Positions 47,569-60,204 of a stretch of 64,000 nt of DNA are shown here, piece by piece. The notes below the pieces were generated by a model. It saw only the letters and a program-made list of their open reading frames with translations. It was not told the origin of the DNA and ran no database searches. The first letter of the stretch is position 1; each line of letters begins with the position of its first letter. Both the position numbers and the translations under genes were made by a program. Origin of the DNA: Eremomyces bilateralis CBS 781.70 (lineage: Eukaryota); assembly GCA_010015585.1 (NCBI GenBank), contig ML975151.1, one strand, 5' to 3'.

Positions 47569-50500
47569 ATGGAGCATGGGGCCTGTAACGTGATATACCT
47601 CGACCGGCGGGCGCAAGAGGGTCGCGTTGGCCGCGATGACTTCAAATCGATGCAGAGCCCGCCCAAGAGGAGGAGTTCAGGGAGCGATTCGCTGGGGTAC
47701 TTCAAACTGGCCCCAGCGACATCGGCGGAAGTAGTATCGAACCTCGAGAATATCTTGTCGACATTTCATGAAGGTAAGTGTTAAGTTGTGGGGTTCTGCG
47801 CAAGAGTGAGACATGTCTGGGATGTGGAATTTCTGACTCGTCGCATAGTTCATGTTTTCCGCTCCGGCGCCTCGTGTCTTGCGAAAGTCGCCCAACTCGA
47901 CGATAACAAGGACAAGAAACTCCCGACTCTTGTTCTTATTGACATACCGTATGACGAAGAGCAACGACTTAAAAGACTCTCAAGGGAGCCACGGATGTTG
48001 TCTCCCACGGCCGTGCGAAGAACCACGAACGAGTCGGTCGAGGGCGACGAATTGTACGGCATCCACCTCTTAACACACATCTCGACCGAGATACACTCGC
48101 AGAATCTCTCCAGGCTCGTCGTACCAGTGGTTGTGCTCAGCGGCTTCGAGCGCGACTGGGGATCGACGAATCTCGCGACCTCTTCTGCTCAAGGATCGTA
48201 TGTTCTCAGCGACAACGCGCGGTTGATGCGATATCTCGATGCCGGTGCAGTCGATGTGGTAACGAGTCCACTCTCCAAGGACCACATCCAGAGTCTGGCG
48301 GTGCATGCATATCGGACCTATAAGGAATTTATTAGAGATGAGCAAGGGTTCCTAGCAAAACGACGGGCGAGGAAACGATCGTGGGTCGGCGTCAGTGAGG
48401 ACAAACCCTACTCGTATCTCCGGGAAGCAATGGTGTCAAACTTGATGAGTGGCATCTGCAACCCCGAGGAGGCTGCGGATTCGATTGACCCAAGGTAAGT
48501 GTCCAGGGCGTGAACCTAGTGCAATTAACTAACACTACTTAAAGCGACATCCTAGTCAAACCAGATCGCAGAACGAAAGTGGAGGCTGCTGTTGGCTCCT
48601 GGGCATTTTCAGCGCACGAATTCACGGACGATGAGTTGCTTTACGGCGCACTGGTGATGCTGGAACATGCATTGCAAATGGAAGAGCTTGCGAAATGGCG
48701 ACTGCCGAAAGGTGACCTCGACTACCCGCTGTTCTCCATTCCTCAACTAACCTTCATTTCTAGACGAATTAGTCGTCTTTCTATTAGCTAGCCGGATGGC
48801 GTACAACGACTTTGTATTCTACCACAACTTCCGTCACGTCGCCGACGTGCTCCAAGCCGTCTTCTACTTCCTCCTTCAAATCGGTACTTTGCCTCCATAT
48901 CCTTACAATACTCGCCGATCCTCTGGCCCACCATCCGCCATTGCTTCCCTTCTCAAACCTTTCGATGCGCTCACCCTTCTCATCTCCGCGATCGGCCACG
49001 ACGTCGGTCATCCGGGAGTCAACAACGCCTTCCTCGTCGCATTGAACGCCCCGCTCGCGCAATTATACAACGATCGGTCTGTGCTCGAGTCTTTCCACTG
49101 CGCGGCATACTCGCAGATCCTGCGGCGGTATTGGCCGGACGCGTTCTCGGATATCGACATGCGGAAGCGCATGATCAGCGCCATCTTGGCTACCGACATG
49201 GGATTGCATTTCAAATACATGGCCGATCTCGGGAATCTGCAGGAGAAGCTGGATCATAACGAGAGCACGCTCGATGGGTGGAATTTGAAGATCCTTGAGG
49301 AATATCGCGACCTAGCGTGTGGGCTGTTGATCAAATGCGCTGACATTAGCAATGTGGTAAGTCGACCGTGCGGATGCTTGACCATCCTCTAGAATAGAGA
49401 CCAACGTTTATCTACAGGCGCGAAAATTCGACACTGCTAGGCAATGGGCTGAAATACTCACGGACGAGTTCTTTAACCAGGGCGAAATGGAGAAGGAACT
49501 CGAGATGCCCACGACTCTCTTCGCTCCCCCGGAACGCGACAACTTGACCAAACTCGCCAAGTCGCAAATCGGATTCATCAACATCTTTGCTCGTCCTCTC
49601 TTTGAACAGGTTTCCCATGTTCTACCGGGAATGGCATTCAGCGTCGAGGAGCTCATCACCAACAAGCAAATCTGGGAACACAAGATTGCGGTAGAGAAGG
49701 AGCTGCAAGCAAAGCAAGGACCGGCACGAGAAATGAAGCTATTAGCGCCTGGCGCCTTGCATGAAGATCATGCCCCGAGCCCCATGACGCGAAGCCGAGA
49801 GAACTTGGCGGATGTTGCACAGGTCGATGAAGAGATATCGGATCCGATGGAGACTGGCGCTCCTTCTCCTGGTGAGAATGGCGGTACTCCGCTTGCACAC
49901 TCCTCAAGGGCCCAATCCATACCACTCTCACCACTCTCTACCGAACCTCCATCCACCACATCCGTCATCTCCTCTGACCAGGCACCTACATCATCCACAA
50001 GTACTGATCATACCACCCTGCAAAACTTCATCGTCGAACCTAACCACCTCCCTGAAAGAATCATCCAATCCGAGATCATAGACCGTCCTTCCAACCCATC
50101 ACATACCTTTACCCCCCCAACAAAGAAGAAGGAAAGGGGAACGCTATTAAACAACTCTGCAGTCCCTAACGAGTCACAGGACAGTGAAAAGGAAACCTCG
50201 TCCCGTCCTCGCTTCTTCCGCTCTCGCAGTAAGGATAACTCTCGGAAAATCAAGGGCAATCCCACACTCCGTAGCAAGTCCGCCGACCGCAAATCGCTCC
50301 CGTATCCCGCCACCACCATCCACCGCCAGCACCCATCGCACGGGTCTTCGACCTCCCGCCCTTCAGATTCATTCACCGACGCCACCTCTAGCCCTCGCCA
50401 CTTCCCTAGCCACCCGAACCTCCGCTCCAACGGTGACTCCCACTCCGCTTCCCAACCCGAGTCATACCCACCCCTCCCAAGCGCCCCGAACGCGTACACG

Positions 50501-50980
50501 AGCGCCGTTAATGGCAACACCGCCCTCACGAACGGTGTCCCTGTCTCCAGCAACACCGGCCCCGGCGCCGATGCAAGCACGCATCGCACCGGCAGCCCGT
50601 TTACCGACAGCACGCGGCCGACATCCCGAGAATGGAGCGAGTCGGCCGCGCTGACGGACGAAGTGGACGAGGTGCCACCGTTCAACGCTGATGACGTGAA
50701 GCCGTACAGCGGTACCTTTGGTGGACGGGACGGGAACGCTGGTGGTGGGCAGGATGGAACGAATGGCGCAGATTATCACACGGTGCCGATGGCTGGTGGG
50801 ACCGTGGAGAACGGTGATTGGAAAGGTGGGGAGGGGCTGGGGAAGAAGGGGAGTCGGTTTCAGTTGAAGAAATATTGGAAGCGGAAGTGGAAGGATGCGG
50901 TAGGGATGCAGGGGCAGGGCCAGGGGCCAGTGAGGGAGGGGGTGCAGGTTCGTGGTGGAGGCGGGGATGTGAAGGGGTGA
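47569..50980 (+). CDS. PDE2: High-affinity (class I) cAMP phosphodiesterase PdeH/Pde2
   Basis: FYHNFRHVADVLQA, AIGHDVGHPGVNN, LYNDRSVLESFH, ILATDMGLHF, LIKCADISNV, EFFNQG, QIGFINIF. Introns at ~47774-47848, ~48495-48544, ~48710-48763, ~49357-49417. Confidence 0.93.
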
Positions 50981-52600
50981 AGAAGCAGCGAGGAGACGAC
51001 GAATTCTAACAACCCTCCTCTGTTCGAGCCGATCGAACTACCACGAGAACCACTAGCCGCATGACAATGGCTCGGAAGCGCGCTGCTCACCTGCCATCTC
51101 CAGTCATATATTTTACCACGACTATTATCCGGCGGACGAGCATCACGACGCGAATCGAACGGTCCCGCCGATCCATCGATTCTTGTGTATATACCTCTCC
51201 CCTCCTCGGATGACACATGCGGATTAGCTACCGGGTCGTTTATCCGCGCATCTTGCTCTGGTGGAATTCCCACAGCCTTAATTGAATAATGCATGTGGCT
51301 TGCGTTTCCGCTTGGCGCTGTATGATGACGGACGGCTAGGAATCGCAAAGCAGGTACCAACGGAAGTTCGAAAGCCATTCATCGCGGTTCAGAGTCAATT
51401 CCGCGTCTTCTCCCCCGGATCTTCTCCACACAGTCGGATGAGCGCTAGATATCCGCGATCGGCGTTTCGATATGTATCTCTCGAGCGGAAGTCATCGATG
51501 GGAGAACGGAAAAGCTGGGAATGGGAGACGGAGTGTTCAGCGGTTGACGCATGAGTGTATCAAAAGGGAGGAAAAGGGGAGGGAGGGGTACTTCGGATAG
51601 ATGTTATGATGGGTTGGGGACGTGTAGATCATGGGTATTGTATACGTAGGAATGAAAGCATAGCTATGATTCCGAAATTGCCTTGTGGTGTTGTGGTGTA
51701 TGATGTTGATGTAGCGTTCGTTGAGATCCTGTAGTGCTGGTTCACACACTGTTCGGAGGAAGTGATGTTATGAGAGTTGGAGAGGTGAGTGATGTCTAGG
51801 GAAGCTTGGGGGTGGTAGATATAGCAGTGTCACAGTGCTGTCTATGATAAACAAAGGGAGGGTGAATTCCCACTTCACTTCATATACCAAAATAACTCAA
51901 TCCAATTAAAGCAGGAAATGGCAGAGTGTCTTAGTGGTAGCCCCCCTCAGTCATCATTTAAGATGGCTCGGCTTCCACTTCTCGACGTGGCACACGGATG
52001 CTGTCAAGTACTAGCTGGAAAGGTGCCTCTGGAGCTTGAAGAAGATCCACCCGTTGCCGCAACGGATGGGGACTCGTTGAAGTGCTCGGATTAGAGGTAC
52101 TCCCTAGGGCTCCCGGAGCTTATAGATTTGCTCTTTTGTTCTATGTTTTTGAAACGTAGAGGGAACTGCTTTTTGTGGGATGGAGCGGTGATGGGGTCAT
52201 GGAGGGTGATGCTTCTTGAGAGGGGAGTATAGAGTGGACAGGAGGTACTTGTGAGGTACTTGTGAAAAGGTAATGGGGTGGATTTCAGGAGGGTTCGAGT
52301 CTGGGTAGGGGCATTTCTTTTTGTATTGATTCATAGCATAAATATACTTCAATCTTATGCTTGCATGAACTAATCTGATAATATTCCTGTATTAGTATTT
52401 CATTTTAAAATGTTATTAATATCGAGATGGGCAATAATAGTCTAGTCAGTCTGATCAGTCTCTCTCCGAAAATGAATATATTGCTGCCTGAGGCATTAAT
52501 TTTTCAGGATTTCCATGTCTGTTCAACATCAACTGCAGTGCTTGATTCCATATGGATATACGAAGCATTCTACAATTGGTTGCATTGATACCAGATTCGA

Positions 52601-54121
52601 ATGTCACTCTTTTACCGTAGCCTCCAGCACGCGTATATCTCTAAGCCAGGGATTGTACGACCACGACGAATCCGCACTCTCCTCACTCTAGCAGTTGAGA
52701 GCTCCTGCGACGACTCCGCCGTCGCTATCCTCGAAACCCACAATGTCAAATCCTCACTCATAGCCTCTCAATCCCCCTCCGCCTCATCTCCTCCGACCGC
52801 CCACCTCCACTTCAACCATCGCATCTCCGCCACCACCGCCAACCTCCGCGGCATCCACCCCGTCGCCGCCGCCATCTCTCACCAGCGCTCGCTCGCCTCT
52901 CTGCTACGATCCGCGCTTCCCTCCCTCCCCGATGCGCGTGATGACGTCGATCCTTCGAAGACGGTATTTATAGATGTGGAGGGGAAGCTCAAGCAGAAAT
53001 GCAAACCGGACTTCATCGCTGTCACCTCTGGGCCGGGGATGATATCGTCTCTGACGACCGGGATTGAGAATGCGAAGGGGTTGGCAGTCGCTTGGGGATT
53101 GCCGATTGTGGGGGTGCATCATATGCAGGCGCATGCGTTGACGCCGCAGTTGGTGCACGCCTTGGAGAGTGGGCGGGCGGGGAAGCAGGTAGAGGAAGAG
53201 CATGTCGCAGCGGGCGTGAGAGCAGCATCGCGGTCACTTCAACCCGCATTCCCATTCCTTTCGCTGCTCGTGTCTGGTGGGCATACAATACTCGTTGACT
53301 CGAAGAACGTCACGCAGCATCGCGTCCTTGCAAAAACAGCAGATAATGCTGTTGGAGACGCGCTAGATAAGATGGCGAGGATGATCCTCCCGGAGGAGAT
53401 CATGGCTAGTGAGAAACAGCTATCCAACTACGGGGCGATGCTAGAGGAGTTTGTATTTCCTGGAAGCAACCCTCTCCCGAGCGGTCAGGCTGGCGAAGAT
53501 CGTTCTTATGACTACGGCTATGCTCCCTCATCCGCGGCCCGACGAGTTTCACAATATGGCTGGGCTCTGCCCATACCATTAGCAGCTAAACCTAAGAGCG
53601 AACAATTCGCGTTTTCGTTTGCCGGCTTGATTAGCGCGATGGAACGGAATGTCGACCCGGAGACGCGGCTGGTTTGGAATGATCAGCGGCAGAAAAATGA
53701 CCGTGTTCCGCGAACCGAATCGCCGAGCGAGGACGAGAGACGGGAACTGGGAAAGCTGGCCATGACAGTGACCTTTGACCATCTTGCAAGGACGGTCATC
53801 ATGGGATTGGAAGCCATGGAGGAACGGGGCGATCGGGTGGGCACGCTCGTCGTCGCCGGAGGCGTTAGTGCGAATCAGTTTTTGAAACATGTGTTGAGGG
53901 TAAACTTGGACCGGGCAGGGTTCGGGAAAGTGGAGATAGAGACACCACCGTTGGCGCTGTGTACGGATAATGCAGCGATGATTGCCTGGGCCGGGTCTCT
54001 GTTGTTCGAGGAGGGATTTAGGGGCACGCTTGGAATGCTGGCCAAAAGAACTTGGAGCTTGGATGATTACGATGGGACCGAGGTGAACCTCAGTGTTTTT
54101 GATGGTGCGACAGAGGCATGA
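52601..54121 (+). CDS. QRI7: Mitochondrial tRNA N6-threonylcarbamoyltransferase (Kae1/TsaD family, Qri7/OSGEPL1)
   Basis: Arg-rich presequence, LAVESSCDD, VHHMQAHAL, LLVSGGHT, VVAGGVSAN, CTDNAAMIAW. Confidence 0.9.
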   Translation: MSLFYRSLQHAYISKPGIVRPRRIRTLLTLAVESSCDDSAVAILETHNVKSSLIASQSPSASSPPTAHLHFNHRISATTANLRGIHPVAAAISHQRSLASLLRSALPSLPDARDDVDPSKTVFIDVEGKLKQKCKPDFIAVTSGPGMISSLTTGIENAKGLAVAWGLPIVGVHHMQAHALTPQLVHALESGRAGKQVEEEHVAAGVRAASRSLQPAFPFLSLLVSGGHTILVDSKNVTQHRVLAKTADNAVGDALDKMARMILPEEIMASEKQLSNYGAMLEEFVFPGSNPLPSGQAGEDRSYDYGYAPSSAARRVSQYGWALPIPLAAKPKSEQFAFSFAGLISAMERNVDPETRLVWNDQRQKNDRVPRTESPSEDERRELGKLAMTVTFDHLARTVIMGLEAMEERGDRVGTLVVAGGVSANQFLKHVLRVNLDRAGFGKVEIETPPLALCTDNAAMIAWAGSLLFEEGFRGTLGMLAKRTWSLDDYDGTEVNLSVFDGATEA

Positions 54122-54271
54122 GCATCCTTTCCATCAGTTGGTGTTCTTGGAATCGTTTATACTTCATTCTAATACCCATGTATCATAGCCCCAGAAAACG
54201 GGCCTGTGTAAATATGTACAACACTACTGCATGAACACATTGCTTCCAAACATTGGATGCCGTCTTTAGGA

Positions 54272-55368
54272 TCATAACTGCCTCCAGTCCTCATACTCCT
54301 CCTCTAAGTGCCTTTTCAACTCAGCGAAGTGCGAACCGAACTTCTTCTTACAACGCCAGCACTCCAAATCTCCCTTCAAATACCGTCCTCTCCCCTGTCC
54401 CTCTCTCTGGTCCTCCGGTAGCGGGAACTCATCAAGCCCAACAAGGAACCTCGTTTGGAAACTGTTATAATGCTTCTTGTGCTTCATCTTTTCCGAGAAC
54501 CGGTCCGGTGTCAAGATATGGATGTGGACATTGTACAGACTAGGATGTGCATGCACCCCGACCAAAATCTCACTCTCCCAGTCCCGACCAGAGGGTAGTT
54601 GCGCTTCCAGCTCGGCCTGGCGCTCCTCAGGGCTCATCTCCTTGTCTTCGCCGATTTCATCTGCGGATTCCAGCAGCTTCTCCATCGCGTCTCGTCTCGC
54701 CTTCTCTTTCGCGCTCGTTGTGCCCCATCGTCTTCGCGCCTCTGCAGCAACGATGCTCTTGGCGCGTTTCACTTCCTCCCTGGCTGCGGCAAGGAATTTT
54801 GGTTTAGATAAGGCCGTGCAAGGGTGTAATTCTGAGATTGCAGGATCCCGTGACACGAGGAGGCAGTGGATTTGAGATTTCGGGAACTTGTCCTGAATGA
54901 ACACCCAGTAATCGTTGTGGTAGATGACGGTGTCTGCGGGCTGGGTAGTAGGGGATTGGATATATGACCGAAGGACAAAACGGAAGGGGTCAGATTTCAA
55001 ATGACCTTTTTTCGAACCTGGTGTTGGAGACGAGTTAGAAGGCTCGGGCTTGCGGCTCATCAGCTCGGTAACTGAGCATAGTCAGTTGTGGATTGTGAAG
55101 AAACGTGTTTCACTATTCCGCTTTGACTTGGTTCATCTGAGAACCTGTTTGTAGGCCACTAGCTAGAAGCAAAAATGGAAACAAGAAAATATAGTGCCGA
55201 GGGAAGAAGACGTAAATGCTCACAGGCGTTCTTTGCTCTATTACTAGGTCGTTCCGTGGTATCCTTCGAGCCATCCTCCACTTGAGGGGCGCCATTACGT
55301 GCCTTAGATTCCGCTGCAGGGGGGGCTGCAGATTCGACATCCGATAATGTCTCCGAATCTGGCATCAT
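54272..55368 (-). CDS. HNT3: Aprataxin-like DNA 5'-adenylate hydrolase (HIT + C2HE zinc finger)
   Basis: DKFPKSQIHCLL, GVHAHPSLYNVHIHI, KHKKHYNSFQTRF, CWRCKKKF...LKRHLEEE. Intron 55223..55072 gives NAFTELM. Confidence 0.9.
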
Positions 55369-55752
55369 AGATATTACCCGGACTTATGAAGGTGGTGTTG
55401 ATAGATGTCCTAGCTCTTATACCAAGGTGATAATCTCCCTCTTTGGCTTCAGAAGCTGGCCATCTAAACCAGGACTCCGGTTTAAGATTGAATATGTTGT
55501 CGCTTGGCCCTTTATGAATCGAAGTAAATTTATCAATTACAAATCTCGAAAACTGGCGTCTTCACTATTCTTCAACTTTCACCATTAGACGTCGTTGAAA
55601 TATTTGCACTAACCCGTTTACAGTTAGCCCCACATCTGCCCTGATATTACAATCTTTCCACCTTCATTGATATTGCTGACTTTTCTCTCCCACAATATCT
55701 CAAGAAGATGGTTAATGATTCCTAAAGTATCTTCAAATTCTGCTGATGCATA

Positions 55753-58700
55753 ATGGGGAAGAATACGCATCCTCCGCGTGGAGGTGGTGCCAGCCAGAAA
55801 GCAAAAGCTTCTGGTGGCAATACTCAGGCTGAGGCCTCGAAGTCGAAACCTTGTCCGGCGCCGAAGGGACAAGATTCGAAAGCTAGCAGCAGTAAGAGCA
55901 AGGCTGCTCAGAAGGCTCAAGAAGATAAACCTGTCGAAGAAGCGCCAAAGAAACCGGATACTCGAACCTTGATTGGGGGCGCGTCATGGACCGGAAAGCT
56001 TCCCGTCAATATGCTGTCAGAGCATTGCCAAAAGCAAAAATGGGGCAAGCCGGAGTATACGATGATGAAGACCGCGGATGGCTTTGTTTCTTCAGTTATA
56101 CTGCGGAAAGTCAACACCAAGACTCAGGAACTCACTACACTTGCACCAATTCGGACGCCTCCATCTCACAGGCAGATCTCGGCACAGAAAACCGCAGTCG
56201 AAGCAAGGCATTTCGCAGCAACGTACGCTTTGTTCCGGGTATCAAGCATGAAAAACATTCATATGATGATGCCGCCTACCTATAAAGATTTATGGAAAGG
56301 CGAGTTTGCGGCCCTGAAAGCTGAAGACGTGGCAAATGGCCGAGGCTGGATGTATGATGCCGATCCCTTTGGTGTTTTGAAGGACCAAGAAGATGCGAAA
56401 ATAGCGGCTGCGAAGAAGCGAGAGATGCAGCTAAAGGATCAGAAACCCGCAAGTGGGCCCGGTGCTATCAGACCTGGAGAGTCGAGCAAGAACAATGACC
56501 GATTGAAGGGTTGGACACGAGTACCAAAGGTGGAATTGGCAAAGAGGACCAGAATGGAGATCGAGAAACTCCTGAAATTGAACAGGTGGAACCCGCATTC
56601 TGTGTCCATCTCACAGACTACCCGCAAGCAACTTGAAGATTCCATCACACGACTTGGCTTCCGACGAGCACACGTTAAAGAAGCTATCGACATATGCAAA
56701 GATAGAGAAGAAGTGTTGGAATGGCTCCTGATCAATGTACCGGAGGACGACCTACCGAAGTGGACATTTCCAGAAGGGTACACGGCCGGTATTTCCTTGG
56801 CTACAGCCGATCTGAAACGCGAAGGTGCTGTTAAGCGACTGGCTTCTGCAGGCTACTCTATGGATGTCTGCGAAGAGGTATATGATGCCTCAAAAGGAAA
56901 TGAGGATCTTGCTGCCGCTGCCCTTCAAGTGCGACTGCTTGGTGAAGACGACTCGAATCAAGGTCTCTCCGAAAAACTTTCTTCCTCAACATTAAACGAG
57001 TCTGCCGACCAGGAAGTATGGGCGGAGGAGCTGGAAGTGCTCCAGGCGATCTTCGGTGATCGCATCTCGATTTCTGGATACGCATGTGAGGTTGGCCTTG
57101 AATCAGCAGATGCTCAGAGGTACCGCACAACGCTCCGATTCATCCCTCCTACCAAAAATTATCCAAGATCTCTCCCTGTGCTTTCAGTGAAGGCTGAATT
57201 ACCGGCCTATATTCGCCTGAGCATAACAAAACAGGCCCTTGAGTGGGCAAGCGTGGAGTATCTCGGCGATCAGATGATATTCAACATTGTCGATTGGATC
57301 GAGCAATCTCTACCTTCGATAGTCCAGGATCCAGGTCCATTGAGTGATATCTCTCGTGGTACCACTACAGCGGAGGCAGCAACACAGGCGAAGAGTGAAC
57401 GAAACATCAACCGAATAAAGAGAGCACCAAGACGAATTGAATGGACGCCAAACACTGCGCTCAGCAGGGATATTTTATCATCGTGGCAGAGCAAACAAGG
57501 AATTCCTCAGCAACGGAAGATGATAAGTGGCCGACAGTCGCTGCCAGCCTGGAAATATCAAGAAAAGATTGTCAGTGCCGTCAACAATTACAGAGTGACC
57601 ATTATATCCGGCGAGACAGGTTCCGGAAAATCGACCCAGTCCGTCCAGTTCGTTCTTGATGACTTAATACAAAGAGGACTGGGTGCTGCAGCAAACATCA
57701 TTTGTACCCAGCCGCGCAGAATCTCCGCTCTTGGACTCGCAGATAGAGTCGCCGACGAGAGATGTTCTGCAGTGGGACAGGAAATCGGCTACACGATCCG
57801 TGGCGAATCGAAGCAAACCCCCGGAAAAACTAAGATCAATTTCGTAACGACGGGAGTTCTCCTTCGGCGAATGCAGACTTCCGGAGGAAGTCCTCAAGAA
57901 GTGGTTGATTCTATTGCAGATGTCAGCCACGTCGTTGTCGACGAAGTGCATGAGCGCAGCCTTGACACGGACTTCCTACTGGTCCTTTTGAAGGATGTCT
58001 TGGCTAGGAGGCAAGATCTGAAAGTCATTCTGATGAGCGCGACACTTGACGCGGACATGTTCGAACAGTACTTCCGGCCAGTAGGAGAAGTTGCCCGGAT
58101 TGAGATTGAAGGACGGACCTTTCCTGTACGAGACTTCTACCTGGATGACGTTGTCCAGATGACTGGATTCAGGGGCCTCAATTCGGAGTTTGACGAAGAC
58201 GACGGGGGCAATGCCTCTGTAGGAGCCACCATTCGTTCTGTCGGAATGCGCATCAATTATGAATTGATAGCACAAACTGTTCGACAAATCGACCAGGATC
58301 TAGGATCGACCGAAGGAGCCATTCTGATCTTCCTCCCAGGCACCATGGAAATCGACCGGACCATACAAGCATTGCGTCAATTTCCAAAAATTCATGCCCT
58401 CCCTTTACACGCTTCACTACTCCCTTTCGAACAGAAGCGCGTGTTTCCTCTCGCTCCTCCCGGGAAACGCAAAGTCATCGCATCTACCAACGTCGCGGAG
58501 ACGTCGATCACCATTGCCGATATCATCGCCGTCATAGACACTGGCCGAGTCAAAGAAACCAGCTTTGATCCTCATTCGAATATGGTCCGTCTTGCGGAGG
58601 TCTGGGCTTCTCGAGCCGCATGCAAGCAACGACGTGGTCGAGCCGGTCGTGTCCAAGAAGGTATTTGCTACAAGCTGTACACCCGAAAGGCTGAGATGGA

Positions 58701-59868
58701 GCAGATGGCGGAACGACCTGACCCAGAAATCCGACGAGTTCCTCTCGAGCAGCTATGCCTGTCTGTCAAGTCAATGGGGGTCGCAGATGTCCCCTCGTTC
58801 CTCGCTGGAGCGTTGACACCGCCGGCAGCCACTGCTGTGGAAGGCGCCCTAAAGCTTTTACGGAGGATTGGAGCAATGGATGGTGACGAACTCACTGCAC
58901 TGGGGCGCCATCTATCTATGATCCCAGCTGACCTGCGGTGCGCGAAGTTGATGGTATATGGAGCAATGTTTGGCTGTCTTGAGCCCTGTCTCACAATTGC
59001 ATCCATTCTCACCACGAAAAGCCCCTTCGTGTCACCAATGGATAAGAGGGATCAGGCGAAGGCAGCAAGGGCCTCATTCGGTGGGAATCAAGGTGACCTG
59101 ATTGCAGACCTACGAGCATTCGAATCCTATTCATCGATGCGAGAGAAGGGAATCTCCCCTCGAGATATCCGTGCTTGGAGCGGGGAAAAGTTCATCTCCA
59201 TGCAGACGCTCAACGATATCTCTTCCACCCGCGCTCAGTATTTGACATCGCTCAAGGAAATCGGCTTCTTACCTCTTCGGTACACGTCGAATAGCCCGGA
59301 TGCCCGATCGTTGAATGGCAACAGCTCCTCGACTTCTCTCATCCGAGCGTTGATTGCAGGCTCCCTCCACCCACAGAGTTCTCGAATCAGCTTCCCCGAC
59401 AAGAAATTCATCGCTGGAGCGGCGGGCGCAATTGAAATCGATCCGGAAGCCCACATGATCAAGTACTTCACGCAGGAAAATGGAAGAGTGTTTATCCACC
59501 CTGGCAGCACGATGTTCGGCATCCAGACCTTCCCCAATGACTCAACCTTCCTAAGCTACTGGGTGAAGATGGAAACCTCCAAAGTCTTCGTAAGAGACGT
59601 CACTCCGTTCAGTGCCTTGACACTACTGCTCTTCGCCGGAGATATCAAGCTCGATACCGAAGGGAGAGGACTAGTTGTGGACGACTGGATCCGGATAAGG
59701 GGATGGGCAAGAATCGGTGCGCTCATTGGTAGACTGAGGATGATGTTGGATGGCGTTCTGGCGAAGAAGATCGATAACCCGTCATTAGATTTTGGCAGCA
59801 TTGGAGAAGAAGGGAAGATCATTGGGTTGGTTAGACGGCTCGTAGAACTAGGTGGACTAGACTCATAG
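55753..59868 (+). CDS. DEAH-box RNA helicase, DHX57/Ucp12/YLR419W-like (UBA- and RWD-like N-terminal domains)
   Basis: GETGSGKST, CTQPRRISA, DEVHER, MSAT, STNVAETSIT, QRRGRAGRV, HA2/OB-fold tail. N-terminus has LGFRRAHV (UBA-like) and EELEVLQAIFG...YPRSLP (RWD-like). Confidence 0.92.
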   Translation: MGKNTHPPRGGGASQKAKASGGNTQAEASKSKPCPAPKGQDSKASSSKSKAAQKAQEDKPVEEAPKKPDTRTLIGGASWTGKLPVNMLSEHCQKQKWGKPEYTMMKTADGFVSSVILRKVNTKTQELTTLAPIRTPPSHRQISAQKTAVEARHFAATYALFRVSSMKNIHMMMPPTYKDLWKGEFAALKAEDVANGRGWMYDADPFGVLKDQEDAKIAAAKKREMQLKDQKPASGPGAIRPGESSKNNDRLKGWTRVPKVELAKRTRMEIEKLLKLNRWNPHSVSISQTTRKQLEDSITRLGFRRAHVKEAIDICKDREEVLEWLLINVPEDDLPKWTFPEGYTAGISLATADLKREGAVKRLASAGYSMDVCEEVYDASKGNEDLAAAALQVRLLGEDDSNQGLSEKLSSSTLNESADQEVWAEELEVLQAIFGDRISISGYACEVGLESADAQRYRTTLRFIPPTKNYPRSLPVLSVKAELPAYIRLSITKQALEWASVEYLGDQMIFNIVDWIEQSLPSIVQDPGPLSDISRGTTTAEAATQAKSERNINRIKRAPRRIEWTPNTALSRDILSSWQSKQGIPQQRKMISGRQSLPAWKYQEKIVSAVNNYRVTIISGETGSGKSTQSVQFVLDDLIQRGLGAAANIICTQPRRISALGLADRVADERCSAVGQEIGYTIRGESKQTPGKTKINFVTTGVLLRRMQTSGGSPQEVVDSIADVSHVVVDEVHERSLDTDFLLVLLKDVLARRQDLKVILMSATLDADMFEQYFRPVGEVARIEIEGRTFPVRDFYLDDVVQMTGFRGLNSEFDEDDGGNASVGATIRSVGMRINYELIAQTVRQIDQDLGSTEGAILIFLPGTMEIDRTIQALRQFPKIHALPLHASLLPFEQKRVFPLAPPGKRKVIASTNVAETSITIADIIAVIDTGRVKETSFDPHSNMVRLAEVWASRAACKQRRGRAGRVQEGICYKLYTRKAEMEQMAERPDPEIRRVPLEQLCLSVKSMGVADVPSFLAGALTPPAATAVEGALKLLRRIGAMDGDELTALGRHLSMIPADLRCAKLMVYGAMFGCLEPCLTIASILTTKSPFVSPMDKRDQAKAARASFGGNQGDLIADLRAFESYSSMREKGISPRDIRAWSGEKFISMQTLNDISSTRAQYLTSLKEIGFLPLRYTSNSPDARSLNGNSSSTSLIRALIAGSLHPQSSRISFPDKKFIAGAAGAIEIDPEAHMIKYFTQENGRVFIHPGSTMFGIQTFPNDSTFLSYWVKMETSKVFVRDVTPFSALTLLLFAGDIKLDTEGRGLVVDDWIRIRGWARIGALIGRLRMMLDGVLAKKIDNPSLDFGSIGEEGKIIGLVRRLVELGGLDS

Positions 59869-60204
59869 ATTATTCGGAATAGATCGTGGCTTCCTTCAAT
59901 TCGGTTCATTTCTCCTATGATGGAAGGATACTTGCCTAGAAACCATTTTGCCTTGATAAGAGGTGCGCAGGTCGATTCCTAGCCCAGGTGCGACGAAGTA
60001 GGAGGCTTTAAATATTTATTTCTGACTCCTTATCTGCTCTCACAAGACCGACCTGTTTTATCGCATATAACGATGCAAGTACTCGATAAAATCCCACACG
60101 ACATGAAACCGACCATTTCTCCCGCTAACCCGAGTGTTTCAACGACGAGTACCCGTAAAGCTCACCAGCGCCCATGCTTGACTACTTCATTCACATAAAC
60201 GCAT

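Noticed and set aside
52260..52315. GGTTCGAGTC T-loop-like sequence
   Set aside because: No T-stem, D-arm or acceptor stem can be formed, so not a tRNA.
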